63,148 nt of DNA, filler included, from Reticulomyxa filosa (GCA_000512085.1; 17 parts of 17 records of this genome joined end to end with filler, not necessarily neighbours in it), one strand, 5' to 3'; numbered from the whole stretch's first letter, positions 38,961 through 52,767 are shown. Numbers and translations: made by a program. Notes: generated by a model from the letters alone, not told the origin.

Positions 38961-40338
38961 CCTTGAGTAGCGTCAATCCCTCTTCAATTTCTTCGATAGT
39001 AGGCTCTTTAATGTCAGGATTGTGCTGTCGATTGCTGGACTTTTTCCAAAAGTCTTTCAAAAACTGCAACTGCTCGGTTAATTGAGCCGTTTCAATTGTC
39101 GCCAATTCCTTGAAATAAGTGAGTATACTTTCCATATTTAACTTGCCACGATACGTCAAGTAGTCTTAGTTAGTCCAATTTCACAAGCAAACAAAGAGAG
39201 AATGAAAATGAAAATCTAAAGCTAAGTGTAAAAAAAAATATCACTTCAAATAAGCAAAAAGATATATACATATGCATATACATATATATATATATATGTA
39301 TATTCATTTCATACCAGGCAAATCTGATAAAATATTTTTATAAACCAAAAGCAAGTATTCCAATCCTCCAGTGGCAATTTTGATGGTTGGGATCGAAGGC
39401 AGAAAGTCATTTCCGACCAAGGCGCACAAGAAGACAAAATCGTCAATGATTCGTTCCAAATCGACTGCTGACGAAGCATTGTTGTTTGTGTTGTCAGAGG
39501 GCTTTTCCTTTTCGCGTGTGTTAATGTTCGCATCAGCGACAAACTCCAATTTCAGGTAATGTCGCAACACGCCAATGTGCAGCAATTGGAACTCCTGCTT
39601 TTTGATCAATTGTTTTTCATTCGCCTTCATTTTCTTCTCCTGTTGCTGCGGTGCAAAAATTACCTCCTCGCGCAAAAGCGTAAAGTGGAGTTCGTGACTC
39701 ACCAACCCCAAAATGATCAAGTCGGCATCTAGTCCGTAAATACAATGTCTGGTATTGTGATCAAACTCTGTTTCAGGTTGCATTTTCATATGTCGAATGT
39801 ATGACATTATTTTATGCTCTCCTTCTCCAGGGGATAAATGATCACTGTAAATCACCGTCAAACTTTTCCAAAGTCCATTTTCCGATATTTGTTTTGTGAT
39901 GAATATTCTCAGCTCTTTATTCAATTCCTCCATAAACTCTGTCCCTGGAGTTATGTTATTCGAATCAAAACGCTCCAATCCACGTCGTCCTTGCTCTTTA
40001 CGTTGCTCCGCTTCTTCCAATCGCTTGCGTGCTGCCAAAAATCGTCTCTTTCTTTGCTGGTTTTGCTTTGCTGTTGGCGCCACGCCGTCCACTGCCAAGT
40101 ACAACAACCTCTTTGGCTTTATCAATGACACCAAGTACAGAATTTGCTTGCATATGTTTGCAAACATTTCCGCACGTTCGGGCGTTCGTAATGTATACGC
40201 CCCGTAGCTGTAGTTGTGGAAAATTCCGTTCATATCAAGATACAAACAATCAAATTCTGGACGTACTGGCCCATCAACCCTTTCATTAATCAAGGGATAG
40301 CGCTCGGATAGCCATCGATAAAATTTTGGTATGCCCAT
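38961..40338 (-). CDS. XRN1: 5'-3' exoribonuclease XRN1, N-terminal part
   Basis: MGIPKFYRWLSERYP, FDCLYLDMNGIFH, AVDGVAP.AK.NQQRKRRF, FDSNNITPGTEFM, PGEGEHKIM, HCIYGLDADLIILGL.SHE, GNDFLP; second exon DYLTYRGKLN ending at a GTATGT donor. Confidence 0.93.
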
Positions 40339-41315
40339 CCCCTTATTTTATTTATTCTTTTTATTTTTTATTACCCTTTTTTTTTTTGTCCCCTTCTTCA
40401 ATTTTTTATGTGTGCTGAGACCTGCCAAATCTTGAAAAAATACGTTTTTGGTGAGTAAGTCCATCTATGGTTCTGATGAAAACTTTAAAAAATTCGTTGA
40501 CCTCGTTTTTGCAAGATTTGATCAATACATTTTTTTTCCAACAAAAGTAATGATCATATTTATTTATTCAATCAATTTTTTTCCGTTGCAACTACTCCTT
40601 TCCAAAAAAAAAAAAATGCTTAAATAAACTAAACACAAAACGTGTACTTCAAAGACAAGAAGACAGATTTGACAAGACACTGTGTTTGCTGAATGCATAC
40701 GCACACCACACAAACACATAAAGAAAAAAAACCACTAAAACATATCCTTGCACTCTCAAAAAATTTACCCAACTTTTATTTTGATAGAAATTGAGAGTGT
40801 AACCGTACAAAAGAACGAAAAACAAAGCAATCAAAAACCAAACAAACAAGCAAAAAAAAAAAAAAAAACATTCAAACATTTGCATCCGTGTTATTCCGCT
40901 ACACTGCATGCAAAGTTGTTTTCAATTGATAAAAATTTGCTTGATCGAATGGTGCAAAACAATGTTTCAATTTCAATTACAAAAAAAGTAAATAAATAAA
41001 TGAATAAAAAAAAAAATAAACTCGCTTAAGTAATGTAATTGTCAACAAGCCTGTCAACAACAACAACAAAACTACTTTGCACACACAAAAAAAATAAAAC
41101 ACATAAAGATAAGAACATTTTTTATTGGTTGAAAAAACAATAAGACAAGAACAGAACAGGAACAGAACAAGAACAAGAACAAGAACAGCAACTCCCGACA
41201 AGTTGATCATTTTCCTCATGACACAATGTGTGTCACACAAGACACACAAAGAAATAAAAATAATGAAAATAAATTAATGAAAAAAAAAAAACAATAAAAA
41301 GTAGATTGAGAGAAA

Positions 41316-41350
<35 letters not shown>

Positions 41351-41479
41351 NNNNNNNNNNNNNNNNNNNNNNNNNNNNNNNNNNNNNNNNNNNNTTAATT
41401 AATTAANNNNNNNNNNNNNNNNNNNNNNNNNNNNNNNNNNNNNNNNNNNNAAAAAAAAAAAAAAAAAGAAGATTGGTAA

Positions 41480-42570
41480 CGAGACATGAAAAGCATTAGG
41501 CACATTCTGCAATGCAACAAATTGAAAGTCTTCCACACCAAACGCTTCATCAATTGGCAGACGATTGTGATATTTCATGAGAGGCAATTGAGAAATTTCC
41601 AGTGCGTTGGTGATTTTGATTCGGGTGTTTCCTGTGTTGACCCCACCACTGCCACTGCTGTGGTGTCCACTTCCACCACCTCCCCCTCCCCCTCCTCCTC
41701 CTCCACCACCGCCACCCCCACTGGTGGATGACGAATCCGTCGGTGAGACAGTCGTCGTTGCTGCCCATCGCGTGCTGCCTTTGTCCAGTTGATCTTGTAG
41801 CGATTCATCTTCTTCCACGCCCAGTTCGGCGTCTTCTTTGATAACCGGTGCTTTCGGTGTTCCTTCTTTACCTGTTATCCAAATCGCGCAGTCACGCATA
41901 AATATTTGATTGCCCAGAAATTTCCAATATCAAAAAAAAAAAAAAAAAAGGAGAACATAATAGGAAGGGGAACTGTTGCTTTCTTGGTCTTTGGCTCTGT
42001 TTTTTTATTTTTGCTCTTTCGATCTTTTGTTTTTCAAGTTCAAATATTGTCGATATGAAGTGCGATCGGAAACAGTGTCACTATCACTGTCATGACCAAC
42101 AGTATGATTGGAAGAGTTATTATTATTATTAATTATTATTACTATTGTTATTTGATGTTGCAGGAACGGCAGTTTGTGGCTTGTGCTTTTGCAGAATGCT
42201 TGCCTTTGGTGTAGTTTCTTCATCAGCGTCATTTTGTTCCTCGTTGGACGAATTCGAATCAGTCTTTTGTTTTTGGTCATGGTCGTTCTCGGCATCGCCG
42301 TCAGGTGGACTGTCCGCCTCGTTGCTACTGTTGTAGGCGGTGACCACGTCATCAACGCGACAGTACAGCAGGCAGTCGTTGCACAAAATGAACAAATATT
42401 TTTCCACCTTGCGACGGCCGTGTTTTGACAAAAAGCCGTTTTTGACGAAATAGCGACCGTTTATTGCGACCTTGGCCTGTGGCGAGTTGCCGTTCTTGAA
42501 GCACTTTTCAATCTTCCTCAGCACTTCCATTTGGGAATACTCTTGCAGTCGCAATTGGATTGATTCGTTT
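41480..42570 (-). CDS. RhoGEF (DH-PH, FGD-like) fragment with interrupted PH domain
   Basis: End of a DH-like helix, then GRYFVKNGFLSKHGRRKVEKYLFILCNDCLLYC; PH-like strands resume as MKYHNRLPI...VED...NAF after a long low-complexity insert. Confidence 0.7.
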
Positions 42571-42879
42571 ATCTATTTTTGTCTTTTTATTTTGTTTTTC
42601 CATTTCTTTTAAACAAACAAACAAACAAACAAACAAAAAGAGGAAGGAGGGTGATTGATAACTACACCAATTGACAATCGATCAATTTGTGTCATATTTT
42701 TTTTTTTTTTTTTTTTTTNNNNNNNNNNNNNNNNNNNNNNNNNNNNNNNNNNNNNNNNNNNNTTAATTAATTAANNNNNNNNNNNNNNNNNNNNNNNNNN
42801 NNNNNNNNNNNNNNNNNNTTTTTTTTTTTTTAAGGTTTTTTTTTAAAATAGAAATAAAAATATTATGCGTATTTTTTAA

Positions 42880-43443
42880 CGTTGTCACATCATCATTATG
42901 ATTCAAAAAATGCTTTTGAGTATTTGTTGCAATATCATGAACAATTCCTGCTGCTGCCATAAAAAAAATTAACTATATCATTTTTATTTTTATTATTATC
43001 AAAATACATATATCATAATATTTTATTTTATTTTTTTCTTTTTTCTTAACTTGTCCATCCTTTGCAATCAAATGTTGCTTGTAACGATAATACTTGTTTG
43101 CCAATGCACCACCATTAAATCCATACACGTGTTCCAAATGTAATTCACTTGCTGGTTTTCTCTTTGCGTCTTCTGGTGTTGGATAACCTTTGCTTGGCTT
43201 GTAATATAATATTTTTCCTTTTCCAAACGTGTAATCACCACGTCTGTTTAAAATACACAATTAACAAAAGATACAATACACATTACAAAACATAATCATA
43301 ATTTCTTCAATTATGACAACAAAAAAACACCCCTTTTAACACGTTTTGCGAAAAGTAGGTCTAGTTTTTTTCCTACTATCTTCCATACGTAAAACTCACC
43401 GATTTTGATCTGTTCCAAATATGCTTTCCGTGCTTTGTGCCAT
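42880..43443 (-). CDS. EML/EMAP-like microtubule-associated protein, HELP motif (3' partial)
   Basis: KPASELHLEHVYGFNG and FFMAAAGIVHDIATNTQKHFLNHNDDVT; first exon MAQSTES..NR ends at GTGAGT. Confidence 0.85.
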
Positions 43444-43889
43444 TGTTAGCTTTTTTTCCTTTTTCACTTCACAAAACTAAGGATTTTTTTGGTTAGTTTT
43501 AAGACTTTTCAAAATTCAGTTTTTGAGCCTGTTCTCTATTTTATCGTAGGTTTGTCTACAACAGAGTTTTGTTGTAGATAAGTAGCAAAAACTCATTTGT
43601 ATTTATAACAATTATATTGTTTCTAACAGAATCAAATGTTTAAATTGGTTTGTTGTGTCCTTGAATGCGTTAAAATCACTTTAATGAAATAAAGTTAAAT
43701 ATCTTATAGCTTATAATTATTTGAGTGTTTACCTCTCGAATATCAACACTGAGAATTTTTAAATATTTTTGTGTATGTCTATCTATTTTTGGCATCTGGC
43801 TTCAAAGTTTCTGGTGTTAGTTCGTTGGGAAACGAGCGAACAAAGTTTGCGTGACGTTCTTGTGTCAAGAAAAATTTGAAGAAAAAATA

Positions 43890-44817
43890 ATGTCTGATAA
43901 ATTATTTTACCCATGGATTGTTCTCTTTTTTGTGGCTTCTTGCTCCTACTTGTTGGTTATCTTGTACTTTTTTTTAAAAAGAAGCTGTGGGTCGAACCGG
44001 CAAGTAGTAACTCAAAAAGTTACAGTTTTTGTTCTTTGACTATTGTTATGAAACAGAAATTAAGTGTTTGTCCGTTTCAAATGCCTTGATAAATCCAACG
44101 GAGTATAGGCTGACCGATTGGAGCGATTTTCTCAATTATGCACTCTTTTGATTGTGTTATCGATTCCACCGACAATTTTATTGAAGGATTACTTTGTTGT
44201 ACCCGAAAATTATTGGCCATATGAGCTGAGATTTGTGGGAATACTTATAATGTTTTTTGCAGATATCTTTCTAATTTGGGTTTTGCACTATTTAGGTTTG
44301 ATGCACTTTGTTAGTGAAATAAGGTACAAATAATTTGACAATATATAGAAGCAAATAAATAAATAGGTCATCAATGGACAATGATTGTCAGCCGCTTGGA
44401 AAATAGTGAGCTGATCACCGGCGGCCCCTACCAATACGCTAGGTACTTTTTAATTTAATTGGCCAATTTTGAAAATATAAAAATTAACGCTGATATTATC
44501 ACAACAAAATCAGACACCCAATGTATACTGTACTGCATTTATTTTGTATTGGATTTTTCATTGGCAGTGGTTGTTGGCTCATTTGGCTTTGCCTATTTAT
44601 CAAAGCAGTTGTTGCAAGTGCAAGGATAAGAGATGAAGAGCGACTGTTAATCAAGGAATTTGGCCACAGTTATATTGAATACATGAAAGGAAGAGGTGCT
44701 TTTTGTTGTCTTAAAGTATGCGATTGTGGAATAAGAATCGATGACGAAAAAGAAGGTTTGTTGATCGCACATGAAGCCAACATGGGGGACATACCTGATC
44801 CAGAGTTTGTACATTAA
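43890..44817 (+). CDS. Isoprenylcysteine carboxyl methyltransferase (ICMT/PEMT) family membrane protein
   Basis: Four exons giving LG|HQWT.IV....ELITGGPYQYAR|HPMYT...RIRDEERLLIKEFG.SY.EYM. Confidence 0.88.
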
Positions 44818-45144
44818 GTGAAACAAATAATTTTATTTTTTTTTCTTTTAATTAATTAGCTAATCGCACGATTATAAAAAACTCTTGCTACATCGCATAA
44901 TATTGTATATTTATAAGAAAATTTACAACTCTTCAATTTTATGATTTGAATCAACATAAAAAAAGGTTCAATTTTTACATCAGAAAAAAAAACAACACAA
45001 ACATTTCAATTGTATATTACAATCATAAGAAAAAGAAATCAACACAATAAAACAAATGGGACTGTTGTCCATCCGAGTAATTTAATTTTCATCTTTTCTT
45101 CTTTTTTTTTAATCAAAAAAGGAAAAAACTGATTGAATTACAAA

Positions 45145-45918
45145 CTAAGGAAGTGAATTTTGTGCTGGAGATTGTGGGATGTGATTTCTTTTGCGAAGCA
45201 ACATAACGTGACAAGGTTTACAACAAACTACGAACCAATGATCATAAGCATTAAAACTTAAGATCAAACAAATGCAATTAACGACCATTTCAATCATAGA
45301 CGCCAATGTTGAAATAAACAGGTACAAAATGAAACATAATAAAGAGGTGCAAACAACAACGATTTCCAAAATAGTTAGCTTAACAGTTACTCTCTTCATT
45401 TGCATTAAATCATGATCAAGGGCAGTGATAATACCCAACTGAGATTGATTTACTGTGATCAACTCCGTTGTTTTGAAAACTAGGCTCATGTTGCGAATGA
45501 ACAATGCCAACAAAGTGATACTCGCGATAACATCCCATATCAACCCAATACCAACTGCTACGATAAAGCGATACCGGTCTGAACAATTATGGCCAACAGC
45601 TACAAAGTAATACCAAGAGCCACCGGATATAACACCAAAAAGTATGGCACCGTAACTTAGCTTAAAAAATATCTTGTTAAAGGCATACATTGTTCCATCA
45701 AAAACATTTTGTAAACGTGCCAAAAAATAGGTATATTGCAGACCCCTTTGCACTAAGATGAACGAGTGACGAAACAATATCGATGAACATGCTACCTCAA
45801 TCTGTGCATACAACAGCGTAACAAATATGCTCGTTGCCACCAAATACAAAAGGCCAAATGCCAGTGATATCCACACAATCACTATTGTTCTTGAAATTTT
45901 TGCGTTGGAAGTAGTCAT
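45145..45918 (-). CDS. 7-transmembrane GPCR-like protein
   Basis: Intronless hydrophobic ORF with YFLARL..F.GT.Y, LFIRNM and EMVVNCICLILSF; same architecture as 13877..14962. Confidence 0.7.
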   Translation of the reverse strand: MTTSNAKISRTIVIVWISLAFGLLYLVATSIFVTLLYAQIEVACSSILFRHSFILVQRGLQYTYFLARLQNVFDGTMYAFNKIFFKLSYGAILFGVISGGSWYYFVAVGHNCSDRYRFIVAVGIGLIWDVIASITLLALFIRNMSLVFKTTELITVNQSQLGIITALDHDLMQMKRVTVKLTILEIVVVCTSLLCFILYLFISTLASMIEMVVNCICLILSFNAYDHWFVVCCKPCHVMLLRKRNHIPQSPAQNSLP

Positions 45919-46034
45919 TGTCGAAGTGCTTGCAATAGGTGGATTTATTGCCCACTGGCAACATGGTCCACAATTTCCACGGCATGAGTCTGCATTGTAG
46001 TTTTTTATTGTATTTTAAATTGTATGTCTTTGTA

Positions 46035-46487
46035 TCACGAAAGCAAACATGCTACACTCTCACCTGTTTTTGAACGAAATAACCGCTCGGTTGTGTTAAT
46101 CCTTTCCAATTCCAATTTCGGGGTCGTTTCGTCTGCTCTTGCTCCTGTGGATGGTGCGGGATCGAACATTGCTCTTTTTGCTCTCCCAGTGTCACACAGC
46201 AATATCCTTTTTCTCAAACATACAACAAGGCTCCAGTGAACAAACAACAACAACAGTACTGTGCAAATTCCCCAAAACAGTACTAATATAACGACCCATT
46301 CTGCTTCTGTTGCACCTGTTATTTGTAACGTGTGCTACATATCGCTCATGGAGGGCATACATCACACATACCATAATCCTTTCTTTTCAGAACCATATTT
46401 CGCCTTGAGTTAAATACTTGAAGAAATTTTACAGGGGCCACACTTACAGGCAACTTTAAATGAAAAGTTGTGCATATTTTGATTTGC
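46035..46487 (-). CDS. C-terminal exons of an unknown membrane protein
   Basis: Exon QIKICTTF..KRKDY splices in phase to GATEAEWVVILVLFWGICTVLLLFVHWSLVVCLRKR..., stop at 46035. Confidence 0.45.
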
Positions 46488-46739
46488 TACATGATTAAGT
46501 GCGTCAGATTGGAATAAAAAAGAAGAAAGAGGGGAAATAGAAAGAAAAAAAAACACAAAACAAAACGTGTGCAATAACTCCAGCACAATTACAATCGCTC
46601 CATGCATGTGAACTAATTAGAAAAAAAAATGACCATATCNNNNNNNNNNNNNNNNNNNNNNNNNNNNNNNNNNNNNNNNNNNNTTAATTAATTAANNNNN
46701 NNNNNNNNNNNNNNNNNNNNNNNNNNNNNNNNNNNNNNN

Positions 46740-47404
46740 TTATTGTTATTGTTATTGTTATTACCACCATTGATATTGTTATTCATGTTCAGGTTGTGAT
46801 TGCTGTGATTCGAAATACTGCTTCCACTCTCGTCCAAGTCACTGTTTTCATCAATGTCTTCACCGTCGAGGCCGATCGAAGATGTCGATATCTTGGTACT
46901 GTATCGGTTGGGCTTGGACAGACTTTGGAAATTGTTCCCAGTGTCTCCACGGGGCTTCTTACGGGGAAACGAAATACCCGAGCTTGCGTGACTTGATTGT
47001 GTCTCTCCTCCATACGTGTCTTGTGGGGTCCTCGTCTTCATTCGCGAATTATTACTATAAATTACTGCCGACAAATCGCTTCCACTTCTTCCTGGATTGG
47101 TGATGCTGCGAATAAATGTCTTTTTTGGCTGCGCTGACTGCTGTTCAATTTTGGTTGTTGTCAACAACATTCCATATATGTACATACACACACAAACTCT
47201 TTTGCTTACATATCTTTCCCTGTTTTCACCCCTTTAGACCAACCCCCCTCCCTCACCTAAAATTTACACCTCATCAGTCCTATTGCCTTGAGTGCGTTGT
47301 TCTAGACTTCGACTCTCGTTGCGTTGACGTTTGGCATGAAATCCATCATTTTGTGCTCGCTTCTTTTTAGAATCATACGGGATACTTTTGTAGTCATTTT
47401 GCAT
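46740..47404 (-). CDS. Low-complexity hypothetical protein (3' partial)
   Basis: ATG 47404 MQNDYKSIPYDSKKKR..., intron, then S/N-rich ORF running into the contig end. Confidence 0.5.
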
Positions 47405-47673
47405 TTTTAATGGCTTTTGTTATTTTTTTTTTTGTACTTGAACTTGAAAAAAAAAACTATAGTACTTTCCATCCAAGTTCTACAATAAGTTTTTAGTAAC
47501 CATATACATATATATATTTTTTTTTTGAAAAACGTTTTCATTGCAAAAACACCGAAAACGAAAAGTCTTAAACAACAAATATGGAGGTAGTAAAAGCAAC
47601 CCCTCACGTTAGACGCTTTATTGTGTTTCCATCCCCCCCCCTTTTTTTTAAAAAAAAAAATTGCTTGAAGGTG

Positions 47674-48414
47674 ATGTCACAGAGCTTTGAGGAACGGAAA
47701 CCAAGCACCAAAGATTGGCCTAAGCTATCTTTGGAAGACATTTATGGAAAAGGTTCATCGAGGCGTATGGAAGAACATGTCCGAGAAGACAGTACCACAA
47801 TAAACCGAGGTTCGACATTGGGAATCCCAGACCGAGTGCATCCAAATATCCGCGGAAGTGTAGGAACACCCAAGATCGGGCCACTCTCTCCACGTCTTGG
47901 TCCTTCTGGACAAACATCACCCAATGTATCAATACCGCCAGTGTTTTTACATCCAAGCTACAGCGTGTATAGCAAGGTTGGGATGGATGCAATGATCCAA
48001 ACGTTTGAGCAAAAGCAAGCGAAAAAAACGCAGGAAAAAAGAATCTCAAAACTGACCAAAATGAAGACAAGTTCAGATAAAGGGTCTGGTGATGATGAGA
48101 CGGAGAATGATGTACATGAGGAAATCAACGGTCACAGCAATGGCACGAGTCCAATCACGCCACAAGATAAAAATGCTAACCGAGGAAGCGTCAATGGACC
48201 AAGTATATTTGGGTTTATCGCAAAGCCTGAGTCAATGACAGAAGAAGAATGGATGGTGCATGTCTTGGAATTTGAGGCCAGTGGAGAATGGATCGAGGCG
48301 AGAGAATCTTTGTCCGGACGCATTTTATGGTTCAACTCCAAGTCCTTCCGTCTTGTCTTTGACAACCCACCGCCTGGGGTCAGTCCTATCCCGGCGACTA
48401 TGATGGCCAAAGCG
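47674..48414 (+). CDS. Hypothetical protein with WW-like domain (3' partial)
   Basis: Long ORF containing GEWIEARESLSGRILWFNSKSFRLVFDNPP, which resembles a WW fold; GT donor near 48415. Confidence 0.55.
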
Positions 48415-48904
48415 GTATTTTTTTTTTTAATGAAAAAAGTGGAAGAGGGGGGGGGAGGGTGGAAAAAAAAAAAGAAATATATGTATATACATATATGTGT
48501 ATGTATATATTTTTTTATACGTATTTTTTTTTTTTTTTTGACATTCATAAAAAAAGGGGGGNNNNNNNNNNNNNNNNNNNNNNNNNNNNNNNNNNNNNNN
48601 NNNNNTTAATTAATTAANNNNNNNNNNNNNNNNNNNNNNNNNNNNNNNNNNNNNNNNNNNNTTTTTTTTTTTTTAATAGCTTTTTTTTAAAAAAAATCTA
48701 TCCTCTTTGATTTTCCCAATTTTTTTTTTTTTTTTCATTCGTTCCTTTTTCTTTTTAAAAGTTTTTGTGTTGTTGTTGAAACCTTGCCATTGTTGCCATG
48801 TTTGTCTCAGCACTATATATTTGACTTATATCAAGTGCATCGAAAAAACAAACAAATTTCAAAATAAATATGCTTTTTACATCTGTCTACATTCTCTTTT
48901 CTTC

Positions 48905-49180
48905 AGGGAAACAAATTCAAGTATTTGAAAGATATGAAAGTGTTTCATACTTTCGTGTATCATCCGATGACACAAAGATAATATCATGTTCTAATGATAA
49001 AATAATTCCATTATTAGGTAGTCGTAATGATAAAATTGTCGATGTAACTGAGACTAGTGTAGTGGATTATATTTGAAGAGTAGGTGTTCAAAGTGGTCTA
49101 TTAATTGATAACAGTATTTGGAAGAACACAAAGGGTTTGAAAGATGAACAAAAATTACTTGTGGAACAACGTGGTGGAAT
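48905..49180 (+). pseudogene. WD40 relic
   Basis: SGKQIQVFE....SSDDTKIISCSNDKII, then degenerate sequence. Confidence 0.6.
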
Positions 49181-50002
49181 ATTTTAATTTTTGCGTGTGC
49201 ACTTTTAAGTATGTTTTGTAAAATACACTTACTCTAAATTAAAAATAAAAATAAATTTTTGTTGAGACCAGAAACACTATCATTTTTAAGATTATCTTAG
49301 ATAATCAACTATTTACATTTTTTCTTAAGATTAATGAAAAAAACTTTGGGCAAAGAATAATTCTAAATTCAATGATTCAGTTTGGAAATGACTCATAACT
49401 ATTGATATGTATTGTTTGGAATGAGTTTTAAAAAATAATAATTCATATTCAATTATATTCTTGTGCATTCAAATTACACATTTCCTAATTTTGAGTAAAC
49501 CAGAAATTAACAAAAAATTTTTGTTGACTCCAAGAAAAGTTTTTTTTAAGGAGAAACAAAACCTTGTTTGTAGTAAAGAAGCAAAAATAATAAGAAATCA
49601 GAATTATTTTAGTCCTTCATTTTCTTTCATCATATTCCCTTTGTACAGTTTAGAGGTTTGCCAATTGCTTGCAATGACAAAAAAAAACTCTTCCTATAGA
49701 AAAAAAATTACATTGGTGTGTATGTATAAATAATGGATGTTAACACTCTACAAAATAAAACACTCATTTCTCATACAAAGTTTATATTTATTAAATAAAA
49801 GAAATTCATTTCAATTTTTTGTTGACCCTTAGTGATTTAAAAAAAAAAAACAACTTGAAAAGCATTTTTTTCATCATCTTTGCATCATCAAAGATCATCT
49901 CAAGGAAAAAAAGAAGATACTTTAACTTAGCAATGAAAGTTTTGTTTAAGTTCTTTTTTTAGGTTTTTTTGTATCATTTTGCTTTATGATTAAAACAGTC
50001 AA

Positions 50003-50073
50003 AAGAAGAAGAGATCCAAATCATCATTCATCATTGGATTCGGACATTAAACATTAAATTAGGATGGATCAAA
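50003..50073 (+). pseudogene. N-terminal motif of the expanded WD40 family
   Basis: EEEIQIIIHHWIRTLNIKLGWIK at the contig end; same motif at 57610 and degraded at ~11300. Confidence 0.65.
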
Positions 50074-51363
50074 NNNNNNNNNNNNNNNNNNNNNNNNNNN
50101 NNNNNNNNNNNNNNNNNTTAATTAATTAANNNNNNNNNNNNNNNNNNNNNNNNNNNNNNNNNNNNNNNNNNNNAAGAACAAGCTGGGATTTTGATGATAG
50201 TTCATGTGTCTTTTTTTTGTTTTTTTGAATTTCTTATCTTGTGATCAGTGAGATTTTGTGATGGTAGGAAGCTTGTGTTTGGTGTTGAGGTTTGTGGGCT
50301 TTTTTTCTCAATTGTCATTTTTGAGGATCGGTTCCGTGACCACGTTTAGTGGGAGCATTAGTCACTTAAAAAAAGTGATAATCACTCTACATTTAAAATA
50401 TAATATAAAACCTAAATGCGTTGGATGTACACTCGGTCTTGTAGAATCGCAAAATTTCAATAAAACTAAGTTTGATTTTTCAGTTAGACGTCTTTTAAAC
50501 GAAGTCGCACTAACAACCTAACATTTAAAAGGATCCGTTGTAAAACCGAAAATCTACTTAAATGCATTTTGTTTAAGACGGACATGTTGTACTTTTTTTG
50601 CGCCCTAAACACGTATAAAATGTTTTGTCCCATTTTTAAAAAATAATGGCAGTATCAAAAACTTACAGTAAAATATAATTTTTTTACTGTGCACTTCCAA
50701 TTTGATGGTTATTTCTTTTTCCTTCAAAAAGTACAAGAAAATAACGATGTTTGAGCTCAAACTTTGTTCATCCTGATTAAATTTTTGTGGTATTGTAATT
50801 CTTTTATCTTTTTGTGAATCTGTAAATTTTTTTGTTCTTTTTTTAGTTATTTCTCTTCTGATGTTCTTTGTGTTCTATTTGATTACCTCAAAAGACATAT
50901 TTGCTCTAGGATTTAATGAAAACAACTGTAATGGAAAAAATATACACCTTAATGTCTATCAAAAGCGGCTATTGACATTATTTGAATGGGAGATGAGCAA
51001 GTCTTTGTAGGAGCATTAAGATAAAAAAATGTTGGTTTCTTTTGCACTAAAATTTTTAAAAAACAAGCTTTCAATGAAGTCATGTGTGACATTTAAAGAC
51101 ACACAGAAAATTCCTTTTGAGGATAGCCAACATTTTTATTAAGAAACTGATCACAGGGGTCGAGCATGCAAAATGACCATAAAAGCAAAAATTCCACACA
51201 CTGTTTCCGTGAATACAATGGTAAAAACTTTTTGTGAGTCACTGAAGCAGTTTTGTGGAAGTTAATTAACCAAAGGTTAAAAATCGGTTTGGTCAACAGT
51301 TTAACTGCAATAAAAAAAGAAATTAATAATAATTCCAATCTGGGTGGTGATGCATTAACAACA

Positions 51364-51824
51364 TTAATCTGATTCTGAGCCGCTGTCGCCACCGAACATG
51401 TTTGCGCCCCCACCAGGACCTTCAGCGCTTGCTATTAAATTTTTGTCACCGAATTTGCGTGAAAGAATAATTTCAAAACAACAATTGAAGACATACCTTC
51501 TGATTCTTCTTTTTCTTTTTCTTTTTCTTCTTTAGCAGCTTCTGCTGGTTTTCCCCCTTGAGCTGCTGGGGCTGCCGCTGCTGGAGCACCTCCTCCAAAT
51601 CCACCTTTTCCAAATCCATTTACCATTTCTTTCACATCAAGTCCTTTGCCTATCACCTCGCTAAAGAGTTTTGGATAAGACGGACCAACGTTGACGTTTG
51701 CTGCTGTCAACAATTTTGAGATGTTTTCACTGCTACATTCCACACCACCGTCAACTAAAATCAAAGTGGCTAAAGCAACAGATTCTCCAACTTCTGAGCC
51801 CAATTTGTTTTTCGCGTCGGACAT
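51364..51824 (-). CDS. RPLP1: 60S acidic ribosomal protein P1
   Basis: ALATLILVDGGVECSSENISKLLTAANVNV...PKLF, Ala/Gly hinge, KEEKEKEKEESE; intron 51432..51496; last exon ASAEGPGGGANMFGGDSGSESD*. Confidence 0.88.
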
Positions 51825-52767
51825 TTCACACTTGGTTGAATACAAGATTTAATTGCCTCGTTCGTTCAATAAATTTCAACCACAAAACTCGCAATACAAA
51901 CGCTCAGTTTGAGTTTTTCGAACTGGTCCACAAACAACAGGCCGTAGGTCGACAACATGGATCTGGAATGTGGACATGTCCCAAGCTTGGATAAGCTATA
52001 TTTCCATATGAAAGAAGATTTATTCAGCAGAACGGTCTGCTCATTTGAAAGTGTTAATATTCAGTACAAACAGCCACAAATGTTTTCATTTGTTAAATCC
52101 AGCAATTTTTAATTTTTTTCATTACTTCAATTTTATAGCATTATTCAGTAAATATACAATTTTCATGTTTGTTCTTGGTATAATCTTCTGGCTAGAGCAA
52201 TTTTAAGGGAAATATATAATCTTTTTCACTCAATATATGCATTCCTTTCACAACCAGCATTTTTCATTCTTTTCTTTTAATTTAAATTTTTGTTTTGGAA
52301 ACTTTCTCAAAAGAGCAAAATCTTTTATATATTCATAATAGTGCCATACATGTACTGGCTTCGTACTAACAAATAAATTTGAGTACTTTATCAAAATATA
52401 ACGAGAAAAAGGACAATAAATATAATAGTTCAGTAGGCATAATTTGAAGCTTATGATAATCATAAATGAAATAATGTCCAGAAATTCAAGTTAAAATGTT
52501 AAATTGATATTGAAGTTCTGTAGTAAAAGAAACAAACCAAGATCTACAGAAGTATTTTTTAAGAGTGGAATGATATTGTTTCTTTTTTATTTTATTTCGT
52601 AGTAGGAGCTATATTTCTTGGAACGGTGCTCTCTTTACTTGAGAAGCTTTTCTTTGTGAAGACAAACAGTGGGAAAAGGTGATGTAAGTTGACAATGAAG
52701 CAAGAGCTAGCACAAAACGCTGACACTTCTTGTTGCCGCAAAGCTCTTTAAAAAAAAGGAGTTGTCA

